Positions 52,543 through 60,176 of a DNA stretch of 64,000 nucleotides are shown one piece after another. A model generated the notes under the pieces. The model was not told where the DNA came from and did no database searches. It saw only the letters and a list, made by a program, of their open reading frames with translations. The stretch lies in assembly GCF_056746865.1 (NCBI RefSeq), contig NZ_JBWKMP010000003.1. One strand, given 5' to 3'. How positions within the stretch are numbered: position 1 is the first letter of the stretch; each line of letters begins with the position of its first letter. The DNA is from a plasmid. Position numbers and translations under genes: made by a program.

Positions 52543-53150
52543 GCAGAACTCCTTCTAACCAAAAGAACGCCATCTTCAGAAACAACGTTGCAGGACTTCA
52601 GGTAATTCATTGCCTCTTTCGGTAATGGATTCTTTGGATCGGCGCTTGCCAGGGATTTCGATAACCTCATGATAAATTTGATCATTACCTTCTGACGGAG
52701 CTTGTGCTCATGGGATGCAGACAGGTAATAGGAAATGGTATGGGCTAAACGCTCACGAAGCTGTTCTGTGCCGTGATATACAGCAGCGATATCACGCAGT
52801 GCATTGACCAGTTCCCGGTAAATATGCGGAGCAACCTGGCATTCAATGTTGGTTGGTGACTCATAAATTACATTCAGCCCCAGCTTTTGAGCCAGCTCGT
52901 GCTCTGCACGAGCGCCAACTGATTCCTCCCACCCCTTGAGCAAATAGACCGCATTAGCCGAACGCACCATTGCAAGGCAAATATCCATGTATTCGCTCTG
53001 GCAGAGGCCAGCAGGTAACAGCGCCGGATTCAGAACAATATGCCCTACCTCCATCAGCTCTTTTGCTTTCGAAAAAAACGCTGTGCGGTTGTAGTCGGGA
53101 TAACCAGTCATCGGACCCGCGATGTAAATTTTCATAATGCGTTTTGACAT
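52539..53150 (-). CDS. DUF4406 / nucleoside 2-deoxyribosyltransferase-like protein
   Basis: MKIYIAGPMTGYPDYNR..GWEESVGARAEHELA is the DUF4406 pattern. The C-terminal half shares a module with 39980-40615. ATG at 53150. Confidence 0.75.
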   Translation of the reverse strand: MSKRIMKIYIAGPMTGYPDYNRTAFFSKAKELMEVGHIVLNPALLPAGLCQSEYMDICLAMVRSANAVYLLKGWEESVGARAEHELAQKLGLNVIYESPTNIECQVAPHIYRELVNALRDIAAVYHGTEQLRERLAHTISYYLSASHEHKLRQKVMIKFIMRLSKSLASADPKNPLPKEAMNYLKSCNVVSEDGVLLVRRSSA

Positions 53151-53302
53151 CAAAGTTTCCCCAGGAACGTTACGCAAAAGTTAATGAGAGCAAAGAGTTC
53201 AATGCCCAGCTCAAACAACGCCAGGACAGTGAAAAACAGGGCATATAGCAACCCAATTTCTGTACCGGATTGCTGGTGGATTGCACTTATTGCGACAAGC
53301 AT
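53150..53302 (-). CDS. Candidate 50-aa membrane peptide, first gene of the leftward operon (below track cutoff)
   Basis: SD AGGAGG. MLVAISAIHQQSGTEIGLLYALFFTVLALFELGIELFALINFCVTFLGKL. TGATG overlap with the next gene. Confidence 0.45.
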   Translation of the reverse strand: MLVAISAIHQQSGTEIGLLYALFFTVLALFELGIELFALINFCVTFLGKL

Positions 53303-53346
53303 CATGACCTCCTGATATAGCGTCTGAAAAAAGTATCTTCATTTTG

Positions 53347-53376
53347 TGTTAGAAAATCAATTTTGATTTTCTAACA
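53347..53376. promoter_or_regulatory. Perfect palindromic operator pair TGTTAGAAAATCAA-tt-TTGATTTTCTAACA
   Basis: Lies in the divergent control region between the leftward operon and ref. In P1, ref is C1-controlled. Confidence 0.7.
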
Positions 53377-53421
53377 CTTTTGATCAACCATAGCGGCGAT
53401 GTAGACAAACCGGGTATTTCT

Positions 53422-53997
53422 ATGAAGCAAAGCTATTGGGAGAAACAGACACAAAAAGCCCTGCAAAAACTGGCTGATCCGAAATGGCGGGAGGAACAAA
53501 GGGCAAAGCGTCTTCAGCAAGCTCAACGCCAGCAGCAGCGTGCGCGAGAAAAAGCCGCATCGCCTGAATATCGGCAAAAGAAAATTGAAAAAGCGAAGCA
53601 ATATGAACAGCGAAGAAAAGAGAAGGCCGCTTCTGCTCCTGTCAAAAAAACTCGCGCGTCACGCGGCCTGAAAGGCAGAACACTCACAGCAGATGAGCGC
53701 CGGATACAAACTGCCATCGGTGCTCTCCCCTGCATTGCCTGCCATATGCACGGACAGCATAGCCCTGTGGTATCCCTGCACCACATCTTCGGGAGAACAG
53801 CAGAAAACGCGCATAAATACGTCCTCCCTTTGTGTAAATGGCACCATCAACACGCAGCGCCAGCAGAGATCCGCGAGCAATACCCCTGGTTGGTTCCTGT
53901 TCATGCTGATGGAAAAATAGGCGGCAAAGCAGATTTCAGGCGGCACAATGCTGATGAAATGACGTTGTATCAGATGGTGACTGAATTAATAAATTAA
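53422..53997 (+). CDS. ref: Ref-family recombination enhancement nuclease (HNH)
   Basis: Lys/Arg/Gln-rich N-terminal ~95 aa, then LPCIACH..HHIFG....LPLCKWHHQ (HNH/zinc pattern of Ref). The ATG at 53422 is preferred to the TTG at 53380, which abuts the operator. Confidence 0.75.
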   Translation: MKQSYWEKQTQKALQKLADPKWREEQRAKRLQQAQRQQQRAREKAASPEYRQKKIEKAKQYEQRRKEKAASAPVKKTRASRGLKGRTLTADERRIQTAIGALPCIACHMHGQHSPVVSLHHIFGRTAENAHKYVLPLCKWHHQHAAPAEIREQYPWLVPVHADGKIGGKADFRRHNADEMTLYQMVTELIN

Positions 53998-54007
53998 TTT
54001 TCTAACA
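53994..54007 (-). promoter_or_regulatory. Operator half-site TTAATTTTCTAACA
   Basis: Overlaps the ref stop and lies upstream of immI-like module 2. Confidence 0.55.
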
Positions 54008-54328
54008 TTTTAAGTTGAATTGTGAAATTCGCCGTTGTACATTCACAACCGATTGGTACACCGGTCAACTTTTTGAGACAAACCGTTTGGTTTTTCGTAT
54101 GATTGCCGCCGCCATACCAATGGCGGTGCAATATAGGTGGCTGAAAAGCCCCCGTTGACTCACGGTGTTCCAACCTTTATTGCGCCGCCACCAGACCGTG
54201 GAACAGTCGATGGCGGCTCCGAAAGCAAGGAGTCACTACACTATGAACAGCTACTGTCTTTTCCCATCACTCGTTATCCGCCACTCACGCGATAATCTGC
54301 ATTCTTTACTCGCGCTGGGGGTGTCAAA

Positions 54329-54496
54329 ATGACCGTTCGCTATCTCAACTTTCAAATCCAGAACATCACTGGCGGTTGCTATGACTGGTTTGTCACTCTC
54401 GGAAAAGAAGTGATCACCGGGAAGCTGGATGAAGTGAAAGCTAAAGCAATGGCCTACGCCTGCAAGCAAGCCCAAAAGAAGAAAAGAAAAGCATAA
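54329..54496 (+). CDS. Candidate 55-aa protein in the immI-2 leader (below track cutoff)
   Basis: MTVRYLNFQIQNITGGCYDWFVTLGKEVITGKLDEVKAKAMAYACKQAQKKKRKA. The ATGA overlaps a 29-codon upstream ORF (54243-54332). Confidence 0.4.
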   Translation: MTVRYLNFQIQNITGGCYDWFVTLGKEVITGKLDEVKAKAMAYACKQAQKKKRKA

Positions 54497-54601
54497 GAAA
54501 ACACACAGTTGCGCCCTGGCATTATCGTGGGGTATATTTCTACGGCACCTTAGAAAAACGGGTGCCGGGATTGGAACCCCGGATAATGTCAAAGGCGACA
54601 C

Positions 54602-54624
54602 AGACGCCGAACGCGTCTTTTTTT
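54602..54624 (+). terminator. Intrinsic terminator between the a1/b1 sites and c4 copy 2
   Basis: AGACGC-CGAAC-GCGTCT followed by TTTTTTT. Confidence 0.75.
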
Positions 54625-54673
54625 GTGTCATGCCATCGCACAGCCATACTTAGCGTTTAGCTCAGAGATCAAT

Positions 54674-54753
54674 GGTAGTGCTGGCTGGGCTGCCGAAAGG
54701 CAGGCCGGTTCCCTTTGACGCCGGTAGTTCCAACCCAGTCAGTGCTACCGCCA
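54674..54753 (+). ncRNA. c4: C4-type antisense immunity RNA, copy 2
   Basis: A 16-bp terminal helix GGTAGTGCTGGCTGGG / CCCAGTCAGTGCTACC (three G.U pairs) is followed by GCCA. Inside are a GAAA-tetraloop hairpin, a loop with CCTTTGAC (b') and unpaired GTTCCAA (a'). These complement GTCAAAGG (54791-54798, overlapping the icd SD) and TTGGAAC (54760-54766). It is 80 nt, compared with about 77 nt for P1 C4. Confidence 0.7.
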
Positions 54754-54809
54754 TTGAGATTGGAACCTCACGCGGTAGCTCCTTAACTTAGTCAAAGGAG
54801 GCTGCCAAT

Positions 54810-55025
54810 ATGGCTACTATCCCTACCCCAACTCATTCTGAATTTATCTGGCGTTTCTATTCCTGCCAAAAACACCTTTATATCTGCGTAATGGCTGCTA
54901 CCGAAGCAGAGGCGCGCTCATACCTTCCCGAAGAACCCTGCATTTTTGCTGCTCGCTTCACTCTTGATGCGATGGAGATCCTCAATTACTGGAATCTGCC
55001 AATGAACTGCGTGGAGGTGCACTGA
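54810..55025 (+). CDS. icd: Icd-like protein, copy 2
   Basis: 71 aa with EFIWRFYSCQKH..AATEAEARS. TGATG overlap with the downstream antirepressor gene. Confidence 0.7.
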   Translation: MATIPTPTHSEFIWRFYSCQKHLYICVMAATEAEARSYLPEEPCIFAARFTLDAMEILNYWNLPMNCVEVH

Positions 55026-55966
55026 TGAATCTGTCCATCTCTCAAAAAGCGACAATGACCAGCATTGAGATCGCGGAACTGGTAGGAAGTCGCCCAGATA
55101 GTGTGAAGAGAACTATCGAAACACTGGCTAAAAAGAGTGTGATTCAATTTCCACAATCTGTGGAAATTGAAAATAAACAATCAGTTGGCCCTCGTCGATT
55201 TTCCAAGGCTTACATCTTTGAAGGCGAACAAGGAAAACGAGACAGCATCATTGTCGTCGCGCAGCTCTCTCCGGAATTTACCGCCCGGCTGGTGGACCGC
55301 TGGCGCGAACTGGAGAATGCCCGGGTACAGTTAAAATCCAAAGCCGAAATCCTGGCCGAAATGGCGCAAATGCATCTTGAGCATGAACGCCGGATCAACG
55401 CCGTTAATGCCCAGGTAGCCGAAGTATCGGCACAAGTGTCCAGGGTCACCGAAACACTTGAGCAGATCAAGAAAGGCAATATTCCAGAAGGCTACATTGG
55501 CTATCGCCAGTTGGCGGCAAAATGCGGCCTGACTGAAGCCAAATGCCGCAACCTGGTCAACGCTTACCGGATACCCACTGATACGCATGAGTTTTTAACT
55601 CCCGACGGTTTGCTTGCGCGACGCTCCATTGTGGCCCTGGCCCCCTTCCGGAAAGCCTTTAAGCAGGTTATGTCGGAGGCAGAACCACGTAACAAACGCT
55701 GGTATCATCCCAGGATGGGGCTATTTCAGGCCATTCACCATCCTGTGCCTGAAAGTCCAAAGGCAAACCTGTCGTTGCATACCGCCAGAGAGAAGATTAA
55801 AACAGGGTATGCAACCGTATGCCGTCGAGCATCCTGGCCTGAAAGTGTCTGGGTATGGCCCGAAAGAGGCTCACGGAAAAACTGGCGCACCATTCGCGAC
55901 GGCAAGATCTGTGCGATTGATTTACAGCCAGAAGATGTAGCAGCGACCGACTGGATTGTTAGTTAA
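55025..55966 (+). CDS. Rha-family antirepressor fused to a C-terminal DUF2829-like domain, copy 2
   Basis: 313 aa. The N-terminal 230 aa are paralogous to 13075-13782. The C-terminal ~65 aa (..VCRRASWPESVWVWP...ATDWIVS) are paralogous to the separate gene 13782-13979. Confidence 0.8.
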   Translation: MNLSISQKATMTSIEIAELVGSRPDSVKRTIETLAKKSVIQFPQSVEIENKQSVGPRRFSKAYIFEGEQGKRDSIIVVAQLSPEFTARLVDRWRELENARVQLKSKAEILAEMAQMHLEHERRINAVNAQVAEVSAQVSRVTETLEQIKKGNIPEGYIGYRQLAAKCGLTEAKCRNLVNAYRIPTDTHEFLTPDGLLARRSIVALAPFRKAFKQVMSEAEPRNKRWYHPRMGLFQAIHHPVPESPKANLSLHTAREKIKTGYATVCRRASWPESVWVWPERGSRKNWRTIRDGKICAIDLQPEDVAATDWIVS

Positions 55967-55973
55967 TAGATTT

Positions 55974-55996
55974 GCCCCGGTCATGCCGGGGCTTTA
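55974..55996 (+). terminator. Hairpin / weak terminator after immI-2
   Basis: GCCCCGG-TCATG-CCGGGGC followed by TTTAAC. Confidence 0.45.
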
Positions 55997-56004
55997 ACTA
56001 CTAA

Positions 56005-56343
56005 GTGACCGGACACAGCAAAATGTATGCCACGAAAAAAATTGATTTCACTTATTCTTCCGCCACAATTGAGCGGCGCTTCACCCTCATTAGAGAGTTG
56101 GAACTGTCAAAAGTCTGGTATCAAATTCTACTGGATGAAGAGTTCTCACTGATGATAATGGCTGAAAAAGAAGCAATGCCGAATGACCGGCATAAAGTCA
56201 TTGCCAGCCTTGACCTGGTGACAAACAGATACTGGGAGACAGAGGAACTGCGTGAAGCGGGAGTAATTCGTGACCTGATGGAGAGTTCCGTTCCCCGCCG
56301 CTATCGTGCGGGAAACGAAATCTCCGTGATTAAAGGGGCTTAA
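56005..56343 (+). CDS. Hypothetical protein; start uncertain (GTG 56005 or ATG 56023)
   Basis: 112 aa. I recognise no motif. Confidence 0.5.
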   Translation: MTGHSKMYATKKIDFTYSSATIERRFTLIRELELSKVWYQILLDEEFSLMIMAEKEAMPNDRHKVIASLDLVTNRYWETEELREAGVIRDLMESSVPRRYRAGNEISVIKGA

Positions 56344-56732
56344 AGCTCACCAGCACGCTGTTTTTCAAGCGTAGATTTAACATTGGGCGCTTTCCCTTTA
56401 AAAGAATGGAAAGTGCCACATTTTTCTGTTTTAACCTCGCGCAGAGCTTCGCCATCGGCGTTCTGCCATTGATGAGATAACGTCATATCACCGCGAGAAG
56501 GAACATCCAGCGAGTACAACGTGTAAGTTCCCCCCATCTCGGCATACTCCTGGAACACATAGCTCATTACGTCAGATTCAGTTTTCCGGTGCGCGTTATC
56601 GACCTTATTCCCATTCAGAAATATGGCGTTCGGATAGATTTTTATATCAAACCTACCGCACTTCACTTGTAAATTCCCGGCGTGAGCGATCAAAGGGAAA
56701 GCTGCCAATAAAGCAATAGCTAATCTTTTCAA
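56340..56732 (-). CDS. Secreted protein
   Basis: TTG start with SD GGAGG. Signal peptide KRLAIALLAAFPLIAHA. Confidence 0.7.
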   Translation of the reverse strand: MKRLAIALLAAFPLIAHAGNLQVKCGRFDIKIYPNAIFLNGNKVDNAHRKTESDVMSYVFQEYAEMGGTYTLYSLDVPSRGDMTLSHQWQNADGEALREVKTEKCGTFHSFKGKAPNVKSTLEKQRAGEL

Positions 56733-56752
56733 TTCTGCCTCCGCTGCGTAAC

Positions 56753-57373
56753 TTATTGCCCGTATTGTTTACACCATTGCTCTGCCATTTGTGGGGCTAA
56801 AGGCCCAGCCACTGCGCTGTATTCTGCTGTTTTGCTTTGCACGCATGAGGCAGATGGTTTTTTATTGCGCTGTTCCTTGAGTTGTTTTTCATAGGCAACG
56901 ATGGCATCGAAACCAGCTACATCTTCCTCCCTCATGAACCCTTTCTTGATCAGAAACTGCTGACCTTCCGGCACCAATGCTAGAGCATACAACGGCTGCA
57001 ACAGCTCCCCCAATCCTTCCCGGCTATAAACTTGAAACTGCATCCAGCTTTTACTTAACGCTGTCATAGTGTCTTTGGTGGAATAGCCAGCCTTGCGTAT
57101 AGCCTTGTCTAATCGATCTGCTGAATACGCAAACAAACAGAAATCGCCCTTTCCTGTAAACCCCGGTTCAACCGGTTGCAACGTGATATTTTCTTTTTCG
57201 CAAAAGTCTATAAATTCATCAGGTCTATCGGTTTTATAGTCCCGCAATACCTTCAGTCCAGCCTCATACTTTGCAGGTAACGCGCCTGCATAGGCAGCAT
57301 TAAGAGAAACTCCCCCCAATATAACCGCGAGCACTGCTCCCAAAACCCTTAACTTCACAAAACCATCCTTCAT
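56753..57373 (-). CDS. Secreted/periplasmic protein; start uncertain
   Basis: Signal peptide LRVLGAVLAVILGGVSLNAAYA. Start is the ATG at 57373 or the GTG at 57358. The track's longer N-terminus is intergenic. Confidence 0.65.
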   Translation of the reverse strand: MKDGFVKLRVLGAVLAVILGGVSLNAAYAGALPAKYEAGLKVLRDYKTDRPDEFIDFCEKENITLQPVEPGFTGKGDFCLFAYSADRLDKAIRKAGYSTKDTMTALSKSWMQFQVYSREGLGELLQPLYALALVPEGQQFLIKKGFMREEDVAGFDAIVAYEKQLKEQRNKKPSASCVQSKTAEYSAVAGPLAPQMAEQWCKQYGQ

Positions 57374-57587
57374 GTAAACAAACTGAAGTTTTATGTTACA
57401 AAAGCAAACATCTACGCCAAAATGACTTAGGCCAAATTCAGCGCGAATAAAAAAATCAAAAAAATTGTTGACACTATTCTGGAAATCACAATCTGGACAA
57501 AATCCATTGCGCAAACGGCTCCCGTTGAAGGTTCTTTTGACGACTAACTTTCAGCCGATGCGCGGTAGGGAGTCATAACGCCAAAGC

Positions 57588-57612
57588 AGGCCGCCATGTG
57601 CGGCCTTTTTTT
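57588..57612 (+). terminator. Strong intrinsic terminator 27 nt upstream of the 57639 start
   Basis: AGGCCGC-CATGT-GCGGCCT followed by a run of T residues. Confidence 0.75.
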
Positions 57613-57638
57613 GTGCCTGCTATCGTGGAGTAAAAGCC

Positions 57639-58292
57639 ATGCAAAAGATCGCAATATTCAGTCTTTCTACTAACAAGCCGCTGATGGCTACGGCAGTCCT
57701 GAAAGACGGCGCGCTTGTAATTGACAAAGTAAAGCCGCTCCCTGCATCTGCTATTGAACAAAAACGAAAAATTCCACCAGCAATTGCCGAGCTGCGTAAA
57801 AGTGAATTTAAGGTGCTGGTTGACGAAATCACGCCAACCATTTCAGCCGGTACAGGTGCCAGCCAGGTAACATTAAAAACACGGCACGCCGACGGCAGAG
57901 CAGCGATCATTGTCGGCATGGAGAGATACCGGGAGCTGAAACTACAAAGGCTGCTATCCCTGCCTGACAAGAACAAAGGGGCATTTGAGATCCCCGACTC
58001 TATCGTCGATACCGAATACAACGGCAACGGTGAAGAGGTTTATCGAGTTAACTGGCAAGATATCCGACCAGAGCACATCCTGATGATTCTGTGCTGCTAT
58101 GCAACGGTATACCACAATGTTGCCAGCGCGGATTACCTGAAACAAATGACAGGAGCGGTAGAGAAAGAAAACAAAGCAGGGATAATGGCCTCGTTCCTGT
58201 CCATTATCAGCGATCAAAAAGCTAAAGCAGGAAATACCCAACCAAAATCGCTGGCCGGGCAAGTAATTGATGAAGATACGGTGATACTTTAA
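57639..58292 (+). CDS. Hypothetical protein
   Basis: 217 aa with SD GTGGAG. Confidence 0.75.
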   Translation: MQKIAIFSLSTNKPLMATAVLKDGALVIDKVKPLPASAIEQKRKIPPAIAELRKSEFKVLVDEITPTISAGTGASQVTLKTRHADGRAAIIVGMERYRELKLQRLLSLPDKNKGAFEIPDSIVDTEYNGNGEEVYRVNWQDIRPEHILMILCCYATVYHNVASADYLKQMTGAVEKENKAGIMASFLSIISDQKAKAGNTQPKSLAGQVIDEDTVIL

Positions 58293-58623
58293 TCAACTCA
58301 GTAGCTTTGTTAACTCCCTTAATACCAGGTAGAAGAGTAACAAAAATACTAACGCCAGTATTTGCGTGGTCAACGAGGCGTTCATAAACAGAACAATTAG
58401 CTTTAACAATTCGAGAATAACGTCCATGTCATTCACACTATTTAATTTTTAATCTACAGCCAGCAAACAATGAAGCTGGCCCCCGCATAAAGATTAATGA
58501 AAGTCACTTGTCACCAGTGAGGGGATTTATGAACCACATCCCCCTGAACTGGTGGACTGTCTGTTTCTCGCATTTCACACCCTGCATACAGTTCCCCCCA
58601 GGTTATGACTGTGAGGAACTGTT

Positions 58624-58953
58624 ATGAGTTACAGCAGGCTCGACGATCGATGCATTGAAGACGATGTGCTGCGCGCACTATTCCATCAGGAGATGATCAA
58701 GCGGGTATCGGAGTACCACTCCGATAATTTCCAGTACACGATAAAAATTGATGAGGTTTATCGCTCAGACCTGGCGGCCTATCGCGCCTATGGCAACGCT
58801 GATTTGCGCTGGGTATTTCGCGTGCTGGTGGGCCATGAGTCAGAAATGGAAGAAATGCCGGTCGGGACAACGTTAACTCTTCCTGACGCAGCATGGCTAA
58901 GAAACAAGATTCGCGATTACGCTGGCTCGGCACCGGAGATAGAAAATGCCTGA
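58624..58953 (+). CDS. Hypothetical protein
   Basis: 109 aa with SD GAGGAA. Confidence 0.7.
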   Translation: MSYSRLDDRCIEDDVLRALFHQEMIKRVSEYHSDNFQYTIKIDEVYRSDLAAYRAYGNADLRWVFRVLVGHESEMEEMPVGTTLTLPDAAWLRNKIRDYAGSAPEIENA

Positions 58954-60142
58954 CTTCCTGAAAAATCAGGACGGGCGATATATCACTGACGGCCTGTCCT
59001 CTAAGGATTTCACACGCGTATTTGAACTCATCAGGAAAGAGCAAAACCGCAAACGCCGCCAGGCGAACAGGACACTCACGCCGGGCAGGCTTAGGAATAA
59101 ATCAGCCGAAGACATTCTTAAGCTGGGGAAAAAGAAAGGCGGCACGTTCTTTACGCGTGACGATCTGAAAGGCTTCGAAAAGCTGCGAAGCAAAGCACGC
59201 GAAAAATATGACAGCAAGACGGCTGGCATTACATACGCACAACTGGTAGCGTCCAGCCAGGCTATCGATATTAAGCGAGCAAATAACGCCGTAGACGACG
59301 GTTCTGGTATCAAAAGAGCTACGCCCGTATCTCTTCGTCACAATGTGATTAATATCCGCGTGGAAGCGTCCGATATATCCGTTCACCAGCACCACATTGT
59401 CCGGGTACGTTTTGAAGAATGGGATCAGATGGTCGATGACATCGCAGAAGACGATAAATCAGCCCTGAAAGTCACAAAATCACTGTGTGCCGGGCGAGTG
59501 TCTTTCGACTGTGACTGCGGTCGCCATCAATACTGGTATCGCTACATCGCCACTGCGGGTAACTTTGCCCTGGCCCCGCCAAAAGAATACGCCTATCCAA
59601 AAGTTCGCAACCCTAAGCTGCAAGGCGTCGCCTGTAAACATGTGATCCACTCAATGACACGACTACAGTCTGCCAGTTGGCAGATGAGTATTGCTCGTGC
59701 GCTACAAAAGGCTGCAACGCAAATTGCATTTGGTGACGATCGCCGCCGTACAACCAAACACTTCTCAAAAGAAGACGAGAAGGAGTTTAATCGCAATCGT
59801 AGCAGTAAAACGAACGTTGAAGCCGCCAAACGCGAATGGAGGCTCTATCAGAAGCGCCAGGCAGCTTTAAGTACAAAACTGGCGAAGGACAACGGCAAGA
59901 TCGACAAGCTACGTGACCAACTGACCAGGGCCAGAAAGTTGTCAGACGCACAGAAAAAACGAGCGGCAGCAAAAGAAGCGGCCTTGCAACGTGAGAAACA
60001 GAAAAACAAGGAGCTTCAGCAACGCCTTGCCGATCAGTTCGCACTGAAGAAGCAGGCGTTCATTGATGCGCTGGTCATGGCAGGAACGTCACCTGGGCAA
60101 GCTGAAAAAATGTTTATGGAGTACGTGAAGAAAGGTTCTTGA
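58946..60142 (+). CDS. Hypothetical protein with SWIM-like Cys/His cluster and basic coiled-coil C-terminus
   Basis: 398 aa. CDCGRHQYWYRY..(30)..CKHVIH resembles a SWIM zinc finger. Confidence 0.7.
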   Translation: MPDFLKNQDGRYITDGLSSKDFTRVFELIRKEQNRKRRQANRTLTPGRLRNKSAEDILKLGKKKGGTFFTRDDLKGFEKLRSKAREKYDSKTAGITYAQLVASSQAIDIKRANNAVDDGSGIKRATPVSLRHNVINIRVEASDISVHQHHIVRVRFEEWDQMVDDIAEDDKSALKVTKSLCAGRVSFDCDCGRHQYWYRYIATAGNFALAPPKEYAYPKVRNPKLQGVACKHVIHSMTRLQSASWQMSIARALQKAATQIAFGDDRRRTTKHFSKEDEKEFNRNRSSKTNVEAAKREWRLYQKRQAALSTKLAKDNGKIDKLRDQLTRARKLSDAQKKRAAAKEAALQREKQKNKELQQRLADQFALKKQAFIDALVMAGTSPGQAEKMFMEYVKKGS

Positions 60143-60176
60143 TTGACAACAAAGGCGGTCATACAGACCGCCGAAC

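Noticed and set aside
54251-54631. 126-aa minus-strand ORF between ref and immI-2
   Set aside because: It is antisense to the coupled + strand mini-ORFs, the a1/b1 sites and the + strand terminator. The sequence is Cys/Phe/Leu-rich and implausible.
58293-58385. 30-codon hydrophobic minus-strand ORF (MNASLTTQILALVFLLLFYLVLRELTKLLS) resembling a type I toxin peptide
   Set aside because: No Shine-Dalgarno and no recognisable antisense RNA or terminator pairing. It could be chance in an AT-rich spacer. It is worth noting only if transcriptomics shows a small RNA here.
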